Assembly (NCBI GenBank): GCA_037133055.1 | Contig: JBAXOY010000096.1 | Span: 1 to 11,187 of the forward strand | Direction: 5' to 3' | Source of the DNA: Chlamydiota bacterium | GTDB lineage: Bacteria > Auribacterota > Tritonobacteria > UBA1439 | DNA length: 11,187 bases | Shown here: positions 8,817 through 11,187 of the stretch, piece after piece | How positions within the stretch are numbered: the stretch's first letter is position 1 | Layout: each line of letters opens with the position of its first letter | Translations under genes and position numbers: made by a program | Notes under the pieces: generated by a model | Seen by the model: the letters and a program-made list of their open reading frames with translations, nothing else | Database searches by the model: none | What the model was told of the DNA's origin: nothing

Positions 8817-11187
8817 ATGCATCACTCCCAGTTCGCGCACCTCCACGTGCACAGCGAGTACAGCCTCCTCGACGGCGCCTGCCGGCTCCCCGACCTCATC
8901 GAGAGGGCGCGCGAACTCAAAATGCCCGCCCTCGCGCTCACCGACCACGGCTTCATGGGCGGAGCCCTCGAGTTCTACGGGAAGGCCATGGCGGGGGGAG
9001 TGAAGCCGATCATCGGCCAGGAGATGTACATCGCCCCGGGGAGCCGCATCGACCGTAAGACCTCGGGGATCAAGGACGCCTCGTTCCATATCCTCCTCCT
9101 GGCGAAAGACCTCGAGGGCTATCGAAATCTCCTCACGCTCTCCTCCCGCGCGCACCTCGAGGGCTTCTACTACAAGCCGAGGATCGACCGTGAGCTGCTC
9201 GCCTCCATGAGCGGGGGGCTGGTCGGGGCGAGCGCCTGTCTGAAGGGCGAGATCGCCGCGCTGATTTTGAAGGGGGACACCGCCGGCGCCGGGCGCGTCG
9301 CGGGGGAGTTCAAGGAGATCTTCGCGCCCGGGGATTTTTACCTCGAGGTCCACAACCACGGCCTCGAGGAGCAGAAGCGGGTGAACCGCGAGCTCCCGGG
9401 CATCGCGCGCCGGGTCGGGCTTCCGCTCCTCGCGACCAACGACGTCCACTACATGCGGCGCGAGGACTCCCTCGCCCACGAGGTGCTCCTCTGCGTCCAG
9501 ACGGGGAAGACGCTCCTCGACGAACATCGCATGAAGTTCTCCACCGGCGAATTCTACTTCAAGTCGCAGCAGGAAATGGCCGCCGCCCTCGGGGAGTTTC
9601 CCGATGCGCTCGCGCGCACCATCGAGGTCGTCGAGAAATGCACCCTGGAGCTCAATTTCAAGGATGAGAAGGGGGAGCAGATCTACCGGATCCCCGAATA
9701 CCAGACCCCGGGCGGCAAGGGGAGGATGGAGTACCTCCGCGAGCTCTGCCACGCGGGGATCGCGCGCCGCTACCCGGGCGCCCCGCCGGAGGTGATGCAG
9801 CGCCTCGACCGGGAGCTCAAGGTCATCGAGCGGATGAACTTCGAGAGCTACTTCCTGATCGTCTGGGACTTCATCAGTTGGGCGCGACGGCAGGACATCC
9901 CCGTCGGTCCCGGCCGCGGCTCCGCCGCGGGATCGATCGCCGCCTACGCGCTCGAGATCACGGACATCGACCCGCTGAAGTACAATCTCCTCTTCGAGCG
10001 GTTCCTCAACCCGAACCGCGTGACGATGCCGGACATGGACATCGACTTCTGCTACGACCGACGGGGGGAGCTGATCGGCTATGTCAGCGACCGCTACGGC
10101 CACGAGAACGTCGCACAGATCATCACCTTCGGCCGGATGAAGGCGAAGGCGGTGATCCGCGACGTCGGGCGCGTCCTCGGGATGCCGTACGGAGAGGTGG
10201 ACGCCATCGCCAAGCTTGTCCCGAACGACCCCAAGATCACCCTCGCCGAGGCGATCGAGACGGAGCCCGAGCTGAAGCGCCTCAAGGAGAAGAACCCCCA
10301 GGTCGCGCGCCTCATGGGCCTCGCCTTTTCCCTCGAGGGGCTCGCCCGCAACGCCTCCACCCACGCGGCGGGTGTCGTGATCGGCGACCGGCCCCTGATC
10401 GAGTACCTCCCCCTCTGCCGCGGCACCAACGACGAACCGATCACGCAGTACGCGATGAAGTCGGTCGAGGAGATCGGGCTTCTCAAGATGGATTTCCTCG
10501 GCCTGCGAACCCTCACCGTCCTGCACAACGCCCTCAAGATCATCGCGCGGACTCGCGGCGTGCAGCTCTCCTGGGAGACGGTTCCCCTTGACGACCGCCC
10601 CACCTTCGACCTCCTCAACAGGGCCGACACGGTGGGGGTGTTCCAGCTCGAGAGCGCGGGGATGCGGGACCTCTCGAAGAAGATCGGGCTCGACCGATTC
10701 GAGGACCTGATCGCCCTCCTCGCCCTCTTCCGCCCGGGGCCTATGCGGATGCTCGACGACTACGTGCGGCGCAAGCACGGCCAGACGAAGATCGCCTACA
10801 ACCACCCGGCGCTCGAGCCCATCCTCAGGGACACCTACGGCGTCATGCTCTACCAGGAGCAGGTGATCCAGATCGCCCACGAGATCGCCGGCTTCACGAT
10901 GCCCCAGGCCGACAACCTCCGCCGCATCATGGGCAAGAAGATCGTCGAGCAGATGGAGAAGCAGCAGGAGGCGTTCGTCCGCGGGGCGGTGAAGAAGGGG
11001 ATAAAAAAGGCGGTCGCCGAGGGGATCTTCGACCTGGTGGCGCGCTTCGCCGAGTACGGGTTCAACAAGTCGCACAGCGCCGCGTACGCCCTGATCGCCT
11101 ACCGGACGGCGTACCTCAAGGCCAACTACCCGGTCGAGTACATGGCCTCGCTCCTCTCGCGCGAGATCAACAACCCGGACAAGATCG
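8817..11187 (+). CDS. dnaE: DNA polymerase III alpha subunit (5' part; continues beyond the right edge)
   Basis: Not in the ORF track. From ATG 8817 it reads MHHSQFAHLHVHSEYSLLDGA (PHP domain), ALTDHG, GFYYKPRID, ATNDVHY, GPGRGSAAGS, LLFERFLNPNRVTMPDMDIDF, STHAAGVV, GLLKMDFLGL, LYQEQV and FAEYGFNKSHSAAY. Confidence 0.97.
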   Translation, partial: MHHSQFAHLHVHSEYSLLDGACRLPDLIERARELKMPALALTDHGFMGGALEFYGKAMAGGVKPIIGQEMYIAPGSRIDRKTSGIKDASFHILLLAKDLEGYRNLLTLSSRAHLEGFYYKPRIDRELLASMSGGLVGASACLKGEIAALILKGDTAGAGRVAGEFKEIFAPGDFYLEVHNHGLEEQKRVNRELPGIARRVGLPLLATNDVHYMRREDSLAHEVLLCVQTGKTLLDEHRMKFSTGEFYFKSQQEMAAALGEFPDALARTIEVVEKCTLELNFKDEKGEQIYRIPEYQTPGGKGRMEYLRELCHAGIARRYPGAPPEVMQRLDRELKVIERMNFESYFLIVWDFISWARRQDIPVGPGRGSAAGSIAAYALEITDIDPLKYNLLFERFLNPNRVTMPDMDIDFCYDRRGELIGYVSDRYGHENVAQIITFGRMKAKAVIRDVGRVLGMPYGEVDAIAKLVPNDPKITLAEAIETEPELKRLKEKNPQVARLMGLAFSLEGLARNASTHAAGVVIGDRPLIEYLPLCRGTNDEPITQYAMKSVEEIGLLKMDFLGLRTLTVLHNALKIIARTRGVQLSWETVPLDDRPTFDLLNRADTVGVFQLESAGMRDLSKKIGLDRFEDLIALLALFRPGPMRMLDDYVRRKHGQTKIAYNHPALEPILRDTYGVMLYQEQVIQIAHEIAGFTMPQADNLRRIMGKKIVEQMEKQQEAFVRGAVKKGIKKAVAEGIFDLVARFAEYGFNKSHSAAYALIAYRTAYLKANYPVEYMASLLSREINNPDKI

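Noticed and set aside
8637..11075. 812-aa minus-strand ORF, and similar minus-strand ORFs over uvrA, lptF and lptG
   Set aside because: Antisense shadows of clearly identified genes caused by GC-rich codon bias.
11041..11080. Intein at the known DnaE insertion site
   Set aside because: The sequence reads FAEYGFNKSH without interruption.

Overview
GC-rich bacterial chromosomal region of a probable diderm. It holds the 5' part of nadB (minus strand, runs off the left edge), uvrA, an lptF-lptG pair and the 5' part of dnaE (runs off the right edge). The main anomaly is a ~2.1 kb AT-rich insert (1170-3291) between the divergent nadB and uvrA genes. It encodes one GT-C/ArnT-like polytopic membrane protein with an in-frame G11 tract and has no mobility gene. 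It is flanked by a 122-bp direct repeat (1048-1169 / 3292-3413, 2 mismatches) copying the nadB 5' end and most of the bidirectional nadB/uvrA promoter region. The right copy aims an intact TTGACA-N17-TACCAT promoter at the cargo gene, and the left copy lacks the uvrA -10 box. A second, more diverged ~51-bp duplication of the cargo gene's 3' end lies at the left junction and supplies its stop codon. Short-period tandem repeats (8, 8 and 9 bp) occur at the 3' end of uvrA and between lptG and dnaE. nadB and uvrA both look leaderless. All calls come from reading motifs by eye; no searches were run.
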